Source: a virus. Taken from it: DNA of 64,000 nucleotides. Made by a program: the position numbers and the translations under genes. The DNA lies in the IMG/VR virus record IMGVR_UViG_3300017963_000029, positions 1 through 64,000 of that record. The stretch is one strand, 5' to 3'. The stretch's first letter is position 1; the number at the start of each line of letters is the position of its first letter. The notes beneath the pieces are model-generated. The model saw nothing but the letters and a program-made list of their open reading frames with translations, was not told the DNA's origin and ran no database searches. Shown here piece by piece: positions 1-9,800 of this stretch.

Positions 1-424
1 GAAAGCCGCCGGCTCCATCTTCCCTACCATCTCCTTCGGGCAACCTCCCTCCCACATCCTCTCCGCGCTCAAAAACGCCGCCGCGCGTTACGGCGTTCCC
101 CTCGGTATCATGAAAGGGGTGGCGCACACCGAAAGCCGCTACAGCCCGACCGCGACAAGCCGTGTCGGCGCCAAGGGCCTGATGCAGCTGATGCCGGTGG
201 TGATCAGGACCTACGGCATCTCCAATCCCTTCAGCCCTACCCAAAGCGCGCTAGGAGGAGCGAGGTTCCTGTCCAAGATGTACCGCAAATACGGCAACTG
301 GCCCCAAGCACTCGCCGCCTACAACTGGGGACCCGGTAATGTCGACCGCCGGCCGGCGATGCAGCAGTGGCCCAGCGCGACCCAGCACTACGTCAAGAAC
401 GTGATGGGCAAAGCCGCTGCCTAA
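1..424 (+). CDS. Lytic transglycosylase (SLT domain), 5'-truncated by window edge
   Basis: Frame is open from position 2. SLT motifs: AHTES (catalytic E), GAKGLMQLMP, ALAAYNWGPG, TQHYV. Confidence 0.92.
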   Translation, partial: KAAGSIFPTISFGQPPSHILSALKNAAARYGVPLGIMKGVAHTESRYSPTATSRVGAKGLMQLMPVVIRTYGISNPFSPTQSALGGARFLSKMYRKYGNWPQALAAYNWGPGNVDRRPAMQQWPSATQHYVKNVMGKAAA

Positions 425-942
425 CGTGTAGTAGCCCTCTCCGCCAACTTGAGCTGCTTTTCCGTCAACTCTCTCACCCTACGCTCTCTACGAGCGGAGC
501 GTATATCTTTGTACACGTCGTATGCGATGTACCCCACGAGTAGAATCCCACCGTAAGTTATCCCCGTCTTCATGAGGTCCAGTAAATCGTCGAGAACTCC
601 TTTTTTCGGTCTCCCAAAATCTGCAGTCGATTGCGCTTCGGGTTCATGTCCCAACACCTTTGCGACCCGCTTGCGCTCTTTTTCGTAAATCACCCTGGCC
701 TCGTCAAGGCGTTTCAACGTATCGGCTTGAAAAAATACATCAAACCCCGCTGCCACCGTCCCAAACTGATCTGTCCATCTCTTATATTTTTCATAAGGCC
801 CGCGGGAGGGCACGTTCATATTAGCTGGCGTTGTTGAAAAAGCCTCTTCTAGATACAGCGTATGCCACTCCCCTAACAGTTGAAATATACGATTAATCAA
901 CTGATTTGGTGTTAGGAAAGTCCAGGCTCCTAGTTCCGACAT
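421..942 (-). CDS. Membrane-anchored virion protein (C-terminal TM); paralog-like to 24257-24709
   Basis: Start moved to the ATG overlapping the upstream stop (TGATG). C-terminal hydrophobic stretch GITYGGILLVGYIAY is followed by a basic tail. Confidence 0.6.
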   Translation of the reverse strand: MSELGAWTFLTPNQLINRIFQLLGEWHTLYLEEAFSTTPANMNVPSRGPYEKYKRWTDQFGTVAAGFDVFFQADTLKRLDEARVIYEKERKRVAKVLGHEPEAQSTADFGRPKKGVLDDLLDLMKTGITYGGILLVGYIAYDVYKDIRSARRERRVRELTEKQLKLAERATTR

Positions 943-1214
943 CAGATCTTTCTCCAGGACTTGATATACCCCTCGCGGCGGAGCGAGTAAAGGAGGAACA
1001 ACCAGGCGGTGATGGTCATCGAACCCAACAACGCACCACCTGCAAGCTGTCCTCCTCGAACGCCGGCAAGCGCCAGCCCTGGCGTGAGCACCAACGCGCG
1101 CTGAACCGTACCGGCCATTACCCGGCCCCATCCCCCCGGTTGCTTCTCAAGCACCGACGCGACGTTGTACGAGGTCGGCGGCGACTCCCGCTCTATGTAG
1201 GGATGCGGCTTCAC
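942..1214 (-). CDS. Small membrane protein
   Basis: Two hydrophobic segments; translationally coupled to both neighbours. Confidence 0.6.
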   Translation of the reverse strand: MKPHPYIERESPPTSYNVASVLEKQPGGWGRVMAGTVQRALVLTPGLALAGVRGGQLAGGALLGSMTITAWLFLLYSLRREGYIKSWRKI

Positions 1215-1639
1215 TTACCCTCTAAATACCCTCGTCCCGGCAACATCGACGCCACCGTCAACATGGCGAGACCGGTTCCTCCCACCATCGCTCCGTGTTT
1301 GACAGCCTCGTCCTTAGAAATGAAGTAAACCCCCAACGTGGCCAGAAGCGCCCAGAACGAGATGTTCTGCACCCGGTGTGGAGCCATGAACGTCGACTGA
1401 TAAAAAGAAGGAGGCTTTTCGGTGGCCGGTCCTTCCACCACCCTGAACTTCCCGACCGGATTGCCCTCGGCGCGGAGTTCCTCCTTGCTGCCCTTGATCC
1501 ACTCCTTCGCGTCCTTCTTGTTACTGAAGGTATCCCAAGCAGAGTGCCACTTTTTCTCACCCGGGATCTGAAACTCGACGTGATAGGTATCACCCAGACA
1601 ATCCCCAAGACAGACGAACTGGTCCATGCTGTTACGCAT
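1211..1639 (-). CDS. Small membrane protein with two C-terminal TM segments
   Basis: Hydrophobic stretches FWALLATLGVYFI and AMVGGTGLAMLTVASML; overlaps its neighbours in operon fashion. Confidence 0.6.
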   Translation of the reverse strand: MRNSMDQFVCLGDCLGDTYHVEFQIPGEKKWHSAWDTFSNKKDAKEWIKGSKEELRAEGNPVGKFRVVEGPATEKPPSFYQSTFMAPHRVQNISFWALLATLGVYFISKDEAVKHGAMVGGTGLAMLTVASMLPGRGYLEGK

Positions 1640-1988
1640 CGCTATCCTCCAGTTTCATCGGTGGGGGCCCGGTCGGCGCCGTTATCTTGCAGAGCACCCA
1701 AAGCGCCCAAGGATAGGCTGGGCCACAAGCAAGCACGAGCTCGTGATTATTCTGCCACCCGGCAACCAGAATCGCTACCAGACCCGTGGACCAGAAGCTC
1801 ATGCACACGTCGCAGGCCCACGGCTTCTTGCGCTCCATCATCCACTTCTTGATAAAAGGAAGCGCCCGCACGGCCACCGTGATGCCGGCAGAGGTGGCCC
1901 CGATGAAAAGAGCCCAGAGCAATATTGACAGAGGAGAAAGCATTTCAACGTCTCGTCTCGACTTCCCATCCCTTGGGGCGAGTGACAT
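1632..1988 (-). CDS. Membrane protein with CxxC (DUF1360-like)
   Basis: TM - KPWACDVCMSFW - TM arrangement. The start may be the internal Met (MLSPLS). Confidence 0.55.
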   Translation of the reverse strand: MSLAPRDGKSRRDVEMLSPLSILLWALFIGATSAGITVAVRALPFIKKWMMERKKPWACDVCMSFWSTGLVAILVAGWQNNHELVLACGPAYPWALWVLCKITAPTGPPPMKLEDSDA

Positions 1989-2391
1989 AACCAGCTTTAC
2001 CTTCTGCCCGGATCCTCACCCGGAAGTAATCGTTTGCGAGCGGGATAACCTCGACGACCTCGAACTCCTTACCTGCTGCTGGCCCCATCCTCACCTTGAA
2101 TACATCCCCCGGAACAAGATCCTCCACAGCGACCATCGATCCCCCCGGAGAGATGCTCTCCTGTTTTTCCGTCATGCTGGGCCACGCTTCGCGGTAGCTC
2201 TCCACCGGATGAAGCGCCTGAGCCGACCGCCACTTCTTGAGCACCTTCCCGTTGTCGACCCGCTCCACCTGGTACCGACCTCGTTCCCACTTCTGAAGCT
2301 TTTTTCGGTCGTGAATAACACGAACCCGGACACGCTCACCACTCACGTAGGTGAGGTAAATACCACCGACTTTGATGTCCCGGGCTTTCAT
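1945..2391 (-). CDS. Hypothetical protein, two SH3/KOW-like small domains
   Basis: Repeated beta-rich units: ARDIKVGGIY and VEDLVPGDVF. Confidence 0.55.
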   Translation of the reverse strand: MKARDIKVGGIYLTYVSGERVRVRVIHDRKKLQKWERGRYQVERVDNGKVLKKWRSAQALHPVESYREAWPSMTEKQESISPGGSMVAVEDLVPGDVFKVRMGPAAGKEFEVVEVIPLANDYFRVRIRAEGKAGYVTRPKGWEVETRR

Positions 2392-2394
2392 TTA

Positions 2395-2679
2395 TCAGAA
2401 CATATGCGAAGGCAACTCCATACCTAGAGAGTTGGCAGCCTTGAAGATGTTGTTGCGAAGAAGAGCAGTGTCCCAACTACGACCTGATTTAACTACACCC
2501 ATCACCCTGCTCAACGCGGAAGTCGTAGCAGGATCGAGATCAAGTTCTTGCTGAAGCTTATGAATTACATCAAGAAGCAGCTCAGCCGACTGAGGATCTT
2601 CTTTCCTCAAACGATCATGAAGAAGAAGGGCGTCTTTCTTCGACACGATGTTGTAGAAAATTGTCATTCCGGTGCTCAT
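2395..2679 (-). CDS. Hypothetical protein
   Basis: Part of the coupled minus-strand run; helical, protein-like composition. Confidence 0.55.
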   Translation of the reverse strand: MSTGMTIFYNIVSKKDALLLHDRLRKEDPQSAELLLDVIHKLQQELDLDPATTSALSRVMGVVKSGRSWDTALLRNNIFKAANSLGMELPSHMF

Positions 2680-3164
2680 TGCCCCCCTCCGAAACCAATA
2701 TCCCCCTTGATGAAATCCCAGCCGGTATTGCCCATCCGGTTTTGCGCCCTGTCCATGTAGAAACCAAAAAGCCCCTCGACTTTTTGTGCTTCTTCCTTTG
2801 CCTCTCTAAGAAGCTTGCGGAGGTTGTTGCCTATGCTCTCCCAGACAACAGCGCGCGTACCATATTCGTCGAGAAGCTCTACCTTCTCTTCGTCACTCAA
2901 CTCCTTGATGCTTCTCCCCTGTTCGATCCATCCGCGAAACTCTACCGCAGCGGCCAGATGTTCGTCCCCTGCTTCCGAAGGAGCTACTACAGAGATGGTC
3001 ACGACATGTTTACCCAGCCTCCGGGCTTCTCCCTCTCCCATCCAAGCCGGCAAATACTTGGTGTCGACGACAAGCCAGTAGTCGAACTCTCCGTTATTAA
3101 GCTTCTGAGAGATCCACTTGGCGTGGTCTTCCGTCTTAAATAACTCGTTGAACCTTACCATCAC
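2676..3164 (-). CDS. Hypothetical protein
   Basis: Coupled start and stop with neighbours; acidic globular sequence. Confidence 0.6.
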   Translation of the reverse strand: MMVRFNELFKTEDHAKWISQKLNNGEFDYWLVVDTKYLPAWMGEGEARRLGKHVVTISVVAPSEAGDEHLAAAVEFRGWIEQGRSIKELSDEEKVELLDEYGTRAVVWESIGNNLRKLLREAKEEAQKVEGLFGFYMDRAQNRMGNTGWDFIKGDIGFGGGQ

Positions 3165-3907
3165 TACCTCTTGATGAAGGTCATGCCAGCGAGCGCGAGC
3201 CCGATGATCAAAGCCGTGGTGGCAAATGCTCCCTTGGCCGGTGTGGGAGGATCAGGCACCGGTACCGGCTCCACCTTGAAGGGTTTTCGAGTACGCCCGA
3301 AACCGAGACCGCAGAGGCCGCTTATCTTACCGAGAACCTGGTGCGACTCGCGCATCACCCGGAGGACCTCCCTTTCCTTCTCCACCGTCAATTCCCGATC
3401 GGTGGGCCGGATGGCCACGGTCCACTGGTAAACAGCTCTCGGCGCGAACTTGATCTTGTTCTCGACGCTCGGCGTTTTATAACAGTGGTACACGAGTCCC
3501 TTGAAGGGTCCTGCTCCCATGTACAACTCATAGGCGCACAAGGGTTTGTTGACCTTCCGGAACATCCACACCGGGCTGGCATCCTGAACGAATACCGGCT
3601 CCCCCACTATCTCGAATCCCAGCTCCTCGAGCTTGGGGACGACGGACAAAGCAACCTCTTCCTTCGTGGGCATCCGGTACACTTCTCCGCCGCCGACCCC
3701 GCCGGCGCCTGACGCCATGAACTTGCTTTCAACGCACTTGCGGATGGTGATCTTGAGCCCCGGTGTGGTGTTGTTCGCCACCTTCTTCTTGGCAGGCACC
3801 ACCGGAGGAACAACCGCCCCCAACCCGGAGAAAGGCGCATTGCGAGTCGGGGCTACCCTGGTGGTAGTCCAACTGGTGCCATCCAGGCCATGTATCTCCA
3901 TCGGCAT
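3164..3907 (-). CDS. C-terminally anchored virion membrane protein
   Basis: AGGAG RBS; N-terminal IHGLDG and FSGLG motifs; Pro linker then TM (AFATTALIIGLALAGMTFI-KR). Confidence 0.65.
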   Translation of the reverse strand: MPMEIHGLDGTSWTTTRVAPTRNAPFSGLGAVVPPVVPAKKKVANNTTPGLKITIRKCVESKFMASGAGGVGGGEVYRMPTKEEVALSVVPKLEELGFEIVGEPVFVQDASPVWMFRKVNKPLCAYELYMGAGPFKGLVYHCYKTPSVENKIKFAPRAVYQWTVAIRPTDRELTVEKEREVLRVMRESHQVLGKISGLCGLGFGRTRKPFKVEPVPVPDPPTPAKGAFATTALIIGLALAGMTFIKR

Positions 3908-3916
3908 CGCGCTCTC

Positions 3917-4120
3917 CTAGGTGTAAGTATCGCAGGGACAATCGTCGGTGAACTCGAACTCCGCCTTGTTCCCGCGGCGGCGAACGACGATCCATTTCTG
4001 TAGCGGCGCCGAGAAATAGACATGTCGTCGGCTATTGGAGTACTCCGGTTGCGCCTGCGCCTGGTACCCCTGCAAGTGCATGTACATATCGGAGATCGGT
4101 ACTGTCGACTTCTGTGTCAT
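3917..4120 (-). CDS. Small hypothetical protein
   Basis: Fills the gap within the minus-strand operon. Confidence 0.5.
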   Translation of the reverse strand: MTQKSTVPISDMYMHLQGYQAQAQPEYSNSRRHVYFSAPLQKWIVVRRRGNKAEFEFTDDCPCDTYT

Positions 4121-4125
4121 GTCGT

Positions 4126-5808
4126 TCAGTCTTGTAGTTGTAGCTTTTGAAGATCCTTCAACTTCTCGGCCACGCCGCCCAGGCGAAGATATATTTTCGT
4201 TAAATTCCTCGCCGCAGCCATGTTGCCTATCTTCACAGCCCTCTCGATCTGCCGGGCCAGAGCTGCCTGCACAGCGGTGTTCTTGGTGAGAGCTGTCCCA
4301 ACTGCGTTGGTGGCCTCCATCTTCTCTGCAGTATCGGCAGTTTTTTGTGTTTCCCGGATCAACTTGTTTGTCTCGGCAACATTCTTCTGCGTGGGGGTTT
4401 TGGTTTTCTGAGCGGCGAGCTTTTTCTTCAACCTATCAACCTTCTTACGCAGTCTCTGGGCTTCCTTCCCGGCCTTTAGCGTAACCTTGGCTCGTCTTTT
4501 TGCTTTCTCCGTCAGTTGCTTGGCTTTTTTGCCTACGGACTTCTCAACCTTCTTCGCCCCCCTCGTACCTGGCCGAGACGCCGCCTTCTCCACCGCCTTG
4601 GCTTCTTGTTTCTGGCGTTGCTTCTTTCTTCGCTGCTTTCTCTCTGCCTTTTTCTTCTTCTGTTTTGCCTTTATTTGCCTGTTTAACTCGACCAGCTGGG
4701 CCTGTCTCTTCTTGTAATCCACTGCCAACGCGAACGCCCTGGCCTTGTCTTGAGGATTGTTTTTGAAGTATGTATCCGCAACAGCTTGAACATTAGTCTT
4801 GCTGCGCAAAAGATTTTCCACCTGGGCGCGGTCGAACTTCGCCAGCCGGGGATTGTTCCTCATGGGTACAGCATAAGCCATGGCTCCCGCCCCAATGAGA
4901 GAAGGGTTCTTCCGAAACTCTTCACCGAAAGCCTTGATGGCCGTCGCCATGATTGCCATACCCACATTACGAGCTGATTCCCTGGCACGGTTCCCTGCTT
5001 TCACCTCTGCTTTTCTTCTCTCCTCGGCTTTAACCTGTTCCTTGGCTTCTCTGTCTCTTTTTGCGAACTCAGGGTTGGCCATGAACATCTTGCGAAGCAT
5101 TGACCATCTTTTTTCTTTCTTACCCGTGGGTGTGGCCTCTATCCAAGTAACAGGAAAGGTGTACTTTGAATAAGGAGTTCGACCTCCTTTAGGGATCGGT
5201 ATCCTCCCTGCCTGCATGTCCCTCATGATCCCGACGAATCTTGCCTTCCGTCCGCTTATCGTCACGGTACGATGACCTTTATCATCGAAGTTCAATCGCA
5301 TTTTGATAGGTTTATTCGCTCTGTACCAGGCGATAGGATTTCCACCACGAGCCTTCGCATATGCAGCAAAAGCAGTGATAAGCGCCCCTCTCTTCTTTTT
5401 CGCACGGCGCTTTTTTTGTTTTGCACCGGTGAAGAGATCTACGAGAGGACCACAAACCAGGTCCGTTGGTATCGCGCCCCCGATGGGGCCTAACCCCGCG
5501 GCGGTGGTAGCTGCTGCAGCACCTGCTCGGGTGGCAGCCTCACAGGCCCCCTTGGCAGCGCCTTCCACATCACCGCTCGCGGCCTGTGTCCCGTATTTGA
5601 ACGCCTCTTCCTCTACACCAGCCAGACCCAGAAGCTCCGCATCCGCGAGCCCGACCGTGCTCGGCATGAGCGGCAGCCGTCCACTGTCGGGAAAGGCGCT
5701 GCCGCCGCTGTAGTTCGCCCCGGAAGACGCATCGATGACGTTCTTCCGGATCCGGACGTTGGGGATGCGAGCGAGAGCACCCCCACCTTCACCTATCTCA
5801 ATCGCCAT
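4126..5808 (-). CDS. Lys/Arg-rich putative core (DNA-condensing) protein with N-terminal 38-aa repeat
   Basis: GAGGAG RBS; very basic coiled-coil C-terminal half; N-terminal VRIRKNVIDASSGANYSGG...VGLA motif shared with the next gene. Confidence 0.7.
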   Translation of the reverse strand: MAIEIGEGGGALARIPNVRIRKNVIDASSGANYSGGSAFPDSGRLPLMPSTVGLADAELLGLAGVEEEAFKYGTQAASGDVEGAAKGACEAATRAGAAAATTAAGLGPIGGAIPTDLVCGPLVDLFTGAKQKKRRAKKKRGALITAFAAYAKARGGNPIAWYRANKPIKMRLNFDDKGHRTVTISGRKARFVGIMRDMQAGRIPIPKGGRTPYSKYTFPVTWIEATPTGKKEKRWSMLRKMFMANPEFAKRDREAKEQVKAEERRKAEVKAGNRARESARNVGMAIMATAIKAFGEEFRKNPSLIGAGAMAYAVPMRNNPRLAKFDRAQVENLLRSKTNVQAVADTYFKNNPQDKARAFALAVDYKKRQAQLVELNRQIKAKQKKKKAERKQRRKKQRQKQEAKAVEKAASRPGTRGAKKVEKSVGKKAKQLTEKAKRRAKVTLKAGKEAQRLRKKVDRLKKKLAAQKTKTPTQKNVAETNKLIRETQKTADTAEKMEATNAVGTALTKNTAVQAALARQIERAVKIGNMAAARNLTKIYLRLGGVAEKLKDLQKLQLQD

Positions 5809-6722
5809 GCTGCTCTCCTCGTGTTTTTATACTGCTGGTGGCGTTACCTCTTCTATCGGAAAGGTAGGAGCGGCATGGGACGGTACGGCATCGGACGCGG
5901 AACCGGAGGCCGATACGGAGGCCGTACCGGTACCGGGAGAGGAGCAGGTCTGCCCGTCAACTTCATCAGCAAGTTGCGCCGCATCGTGCGGATCCGCGCG
6001 AGCTCGCGACCCAACGCCGAGAGCTTCATGAGAGCCATCCTGCGTTGCTGCGGCGACATGCCACGATATGCCTTCTGGATCTTCTGCGCCGCACCCTTCA
6101 ACCTCTTCAGCCGCTTGCGCCCTGCCTTCTGCTTGAAGGCTTTGACAAACCGCGACCTCTTGAACCTTAGCGGGTTGGTGGGCACGAAACCGAGACCAGC
6201 CAACAGCGTCTCGTCGGCGGCATCGTCGGTAGCATCCAGGGAGTTGAGGCCGGCCAGGCCGACCGAACTGGGCATCAGCGGAATGCGTCCACTGTCCGGG
6301 TAGGAGCTTCCACCGCTGTAGTTCGCCCCGGAGGACGCATCGACGACGTTTTTCCTGATCCGGACGTTACCCCCCTGAACCGACATCGAGGAGCCGAAGT
6401 GGGCGTCGAGCTCTCCCAACGGGATGCCATCGTAGCAACCACCCACGCAGCCGCCCGCGAGGCCCGCGCTGCTGACCGTCAGCGGGATGCCGCCGCTGTC
6501 CGGGAAATCTGATCCGCCGGTGTAGTTCGCCCCCTGAGACGGGTCCACCACATTCCGACGAGGAGGAAGCACGCTCACGGTCTTCTGGTAGGCCAACAGA
6601 TCCGCATCCGCGAGCCCGACCGAACTGGGCATCAGCGGAATGCGTCCACTATCCGGGTAGGAGCTTCCACCGCTGTAGTTCGCCCCGGAGGACGCGTCGA
6701 TGACGTTTTTCCTGATCCGGAC
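5644..6722 (-). repeat. Four dispersed copies of a ~114-bp coding repeat (5644-5757, 6252-6365, 6456-6560, 6609-6722)
   Basis: Directly visible, e.g. 'tgtagttcgcccc' is present in all four copies; the 6252 and 6609 copies are near-identical. Confidence 0.9.
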
Positions 6723-6827
6723 GTCGCTGGCCTGCGCGCCGGCGGCTTCCGCCTGCGCGGGAGAGGCGTCAAGGCCTCCGAGTTCCAGGCCGTCCAGAAC
6801 GGCGATTTCATCTCCGAGATGTGGCAT
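5853..6827 (-). CDS. Putative core precursor: three 35-38-aa repeats plus Arg/Lys-rich C-terminus
   Basis: Start at MPHLGD after GAGGAGAACAGAC. The repeats end in GLA, and LAGLG precedes the basic C-terminal domain. Confidence 0.7.
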   Translation of the reverse strand: MPHLGDEIAVLDGLELGGLDASPAQAEAAGAQASDVRIRKNVIDASSGANYSGGSSYPDSGRIPLMPSSVGLADADLLAYQKTVSVLPPRRNVVDPSQGANYTGGSDFPDSGGIPLTVSSAGLAGGCVGGCYDGIPLGELDAHFGSSMSVQGGNVRIRKNVVDASSGANYSGGSSYPDSGRIPLMPSSVGLAGLNSLDATDDAADETLLAGLGFVPTNPLRFKRSRFVKAFKQKAGRKRLKRLKGAAQKIQKAYRGMSPQQRRMALMKLSALGRELARIRTMRRNLLMKLTGRPAPLPVPVRPPYRPPVPRPMPYRPMPLLPFR

Positions 6828-6843
6828 GTCTGTTCTCCTCTGG

Positions 6844-9800
6844 TTACTTCCTTCCCAACAATAGCGCGATTGCGCCCAAAGCGACACCCCCTATGGCGAG
6901 CGGCAGGACCATTCCTGCGCCTTCTTTTTTCGGCTCGGGGGGAGGAACCGGTGGAGGTACCGGAACCGGTACCGGAACGGGAATTGGGGGCGGCGGAGGG
7001 GGAGGTGGCGGCGGTGGAGGAATCGGCACCGGAATCGGTACGGGGATCGGCGGCGGAGGCGGAGGTGGCGGCGGTGGAGGAGGTGGTGGGGGAGGCGGCG
7101 GAGGAATCGGCTGATCTTCCGGTTTGCGCCCTATTTTATTATTGGCAATCAAGGTGGCCAGCTGCTGATTGAACAACAGGAAGTCGTCCGTCTCGCTCCG
7201 GATCATCTGCGACAGCCCCTGGCGCGCGACCGCCTCGGCCCCGGCCTTGGCCACCACCGTATTTCCCATCACCAGGGCGAGCTTCCGCCAGTTCTGTCCC
7301 GTCAGGAGCGCCTCGGAAAGCGGTTGATCCAGCGTGTCCAGGGCCGTGGCCGAGAAGGATACCGCGTCCTCAAAATACGCCATGAGGGTTCCCAACTCTG
7401 CCGCGTCGGGATACGTCTTTGTCGCCGTGGCATCCATCACCTCCCGCAACTCCGGGTTCTCCTCAAGCATGTTGCGCGCTCGAGCAATGACGCGCCGGCC
7501 GGCACCCAGCCACTTCAAGTAGATGTCGCTCGCGGTCTCAGTAAGCCCCTCGGTGTTGGAAACACGCTTCACGGCGCCCATGATCTTCGGCCCGAAGGCC
7601 TCCATGACCTTGATGGACTCTGCAAGCCGCGACCAGGACCTCTTTGCTGCCTCCGGGATGGTAGGAGGAGGCGGTGGAGGAGGTGGTTGATCCGGCTTTT
7701 TCAGGCTTCGACGATAGTCCCGCGCCGAGATCTTGATTCTCTTGGCCTCAAGCGGTGTCAACAGGACGGTCTTCTTGTCCTTGGACACCTTGCGAGGCAG
7801 CGCGATCTTCCACGCCGGTACCAATCTCATGCCTTTGCCGACCGAGTCCGGGTGCAGCGCATCGATGAGCCCCTGCTGGGTGCTCTTCGTCCACTTCCCC
7901 GTCAGCTTGCCGGCGACCGCAACCTTGTAGCCGCTGAACGTCAGTGCCTGCTGAACGTGCAGGACCTTGACCGGCGTGTTCATCTTCTTCATCAACGCCC
8001 GGACGCGCTTCTGGAGCTTCTTTTTCGGATCTTCCGGCGGTGTCGGCGGCGGAGGCTTCTCGATGCTCTGTCGATAAAGCTCCGCGCGCTCCTGCATCGC
8101 GTCATGCCACCTCGGGGTGGTGAGCAACGTCATCCGATCGACAGACACCACCATCGGTACCATGGCCTCGAGAACCGGAATGGCTGCAGGCTTTTTGTGA
8201 GCTTCGATGATGTACTGGAAGTACCCCCGCTTGGTGGCGTCATCCCAGGTGCCGGTGGCCTTCACCGTGGGGGCGATCTTCTCCTTGAGGACCTCGGTCC
8301 ACAAGATGGCCTGCTGAACCGTCAGCACCGGTATCTCCACCGTCTGAAGCTCTGCCAGGCGGCGAGCCTGCGCCTTGATATCGTCCTCTTCCGGCTTTTC
8401 CGGTTCATCAGGCTTCGGCGGCGGAGGCTTGGTGCCGGCCACAATCGCCTCAAGCTTGTCCGCGATGTTCTTTCTGAGTCGGGTGATGGTCTTGCGGTTC
8501 TTGGAAACGCGGTACCCGGTATTCACCCCGTGGTCGATCTTGAGGATGTACGTGTTGAGCGAAGCCGCGGTCACGTCGTCGAAAAACGCCCCGGGACCGA
8601 TCTTCTTACCGATGGCGGCAAAGGCCTTCTTCACCTTGGCCACCGAGATGCTCACTCGAGGAGGCGGCTTGGGGGCACCTACCGACGCCTTCTGAAGTTC
8701 CTCGCCTATCGCGCGCGGAACCCTGATCGACTTGCGGTTCTTGGCAACGACGTACTCCACCGTCGAGCCTGGCGGAGTGTATCGTTCTTGAAAAGCGTTC
8801 TCAGTCCTCGAACCCCAGTACCCGTCGGTGTCGAGAAGAGGTTTCACGCCCTTACCGTTGAGCCCGGCCTGGACGGTGGAGACCTTGAGGACGACCGTGG
8901 CCGGCTTCGGTTTCGGCTCGGGCTTCGGCTTCGGTGGCCGCGGTGCCCGCGCATCCGAAGTCATCTTCAAATAGGCCTTCTCGTTGACGCGTGCCTCCTT
9001 CGACGAGACCTTGACGAAGAGAGGGTTGAGCCCGCGTCTCTGGGCCGACTTCTGCCAGGCCGCCTTTGTCGCGGCATCGGGGCGCCCGGTGGGCTTTACG
9101 GTGCGCTTTCGCCACTGGAGCCCGTACAGAATGGCCTGAAGCTCTGCGGCATTTTTGACCACGGTACCGGGCCGTGGTTTAGGCTCGGGGGGTGGTGCCG
9201 GCGCAGGAATAAAAGGCTTGGGCTCGGGCTTCGGCTTCGGTTTGGCCTCCTCCACCGCCAGCTGGTACCCCTTGTCGAGCTCCGCGGCGACCCGCTTGTC
9301 GATCTTCACCACATCCGCCTTGGCCGTCTTCTCAACGTTGGGGATGGCGTTTATTCTGTCCGCGGCGATCTTCACCGCCTCGATGGTGGGGGCGTCCGGG
9401 CGCCGGGTTATCTCCACCGGTGTGCCCTGGAGCTTTCCCTTCTTCACCCAGTAGTTGAACCCTCGCTGGATTTTCACCACCGCGATGGGAACCATCCCTG
9501 CGGCGCGCTTGGCCTTCATGCCGGCGGCGGCCTTCAGCTGCAGATAGGTCCGGTGAGAGACGGTGGCAATGAACGGGCCCACGCGCTTGAACAACGGATC
9601 GAGCTTCCGGGTCTTGGCCGACGTCTCCCAGGCCCCTTTTGTTTTCGGGCCGTATTTCTTGTCGATGGCTACCTTCGCCGCGCTCCAGCCTAGACCGCGC
9701 AAGATCTTCTGCGCCATCTCCACCTTGATGTTGACCAGCCTCTCGGCCTTGGTGGGGGCTTCCTTCGGCTTTGACACGAAGGGTACCAGCCGACTCCCGG

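Noticed and set aside
5644-6722. RiPP multi-core precursor or DGR template/variable repeat
   Set aside because: There is no adjacent modifying enzyme, transporter or reverse transcriptase; differences are not adenine-specific; the context is a virion operon.
6821-7114. Gly-rich plus-strand ORF
   Set aside because: It is the antisense of the poly-Pro stalk of 6844-10158.
7324-9693. 789-aa plus-strand ORF and similar long antisense ORFs (30273-31322, 35033-36061, 49575-50672, 62980-63933)
   Set aside because: These are shadow ORFs opposite well-supported genes in high-GC DNA, with no motifs or RBS.
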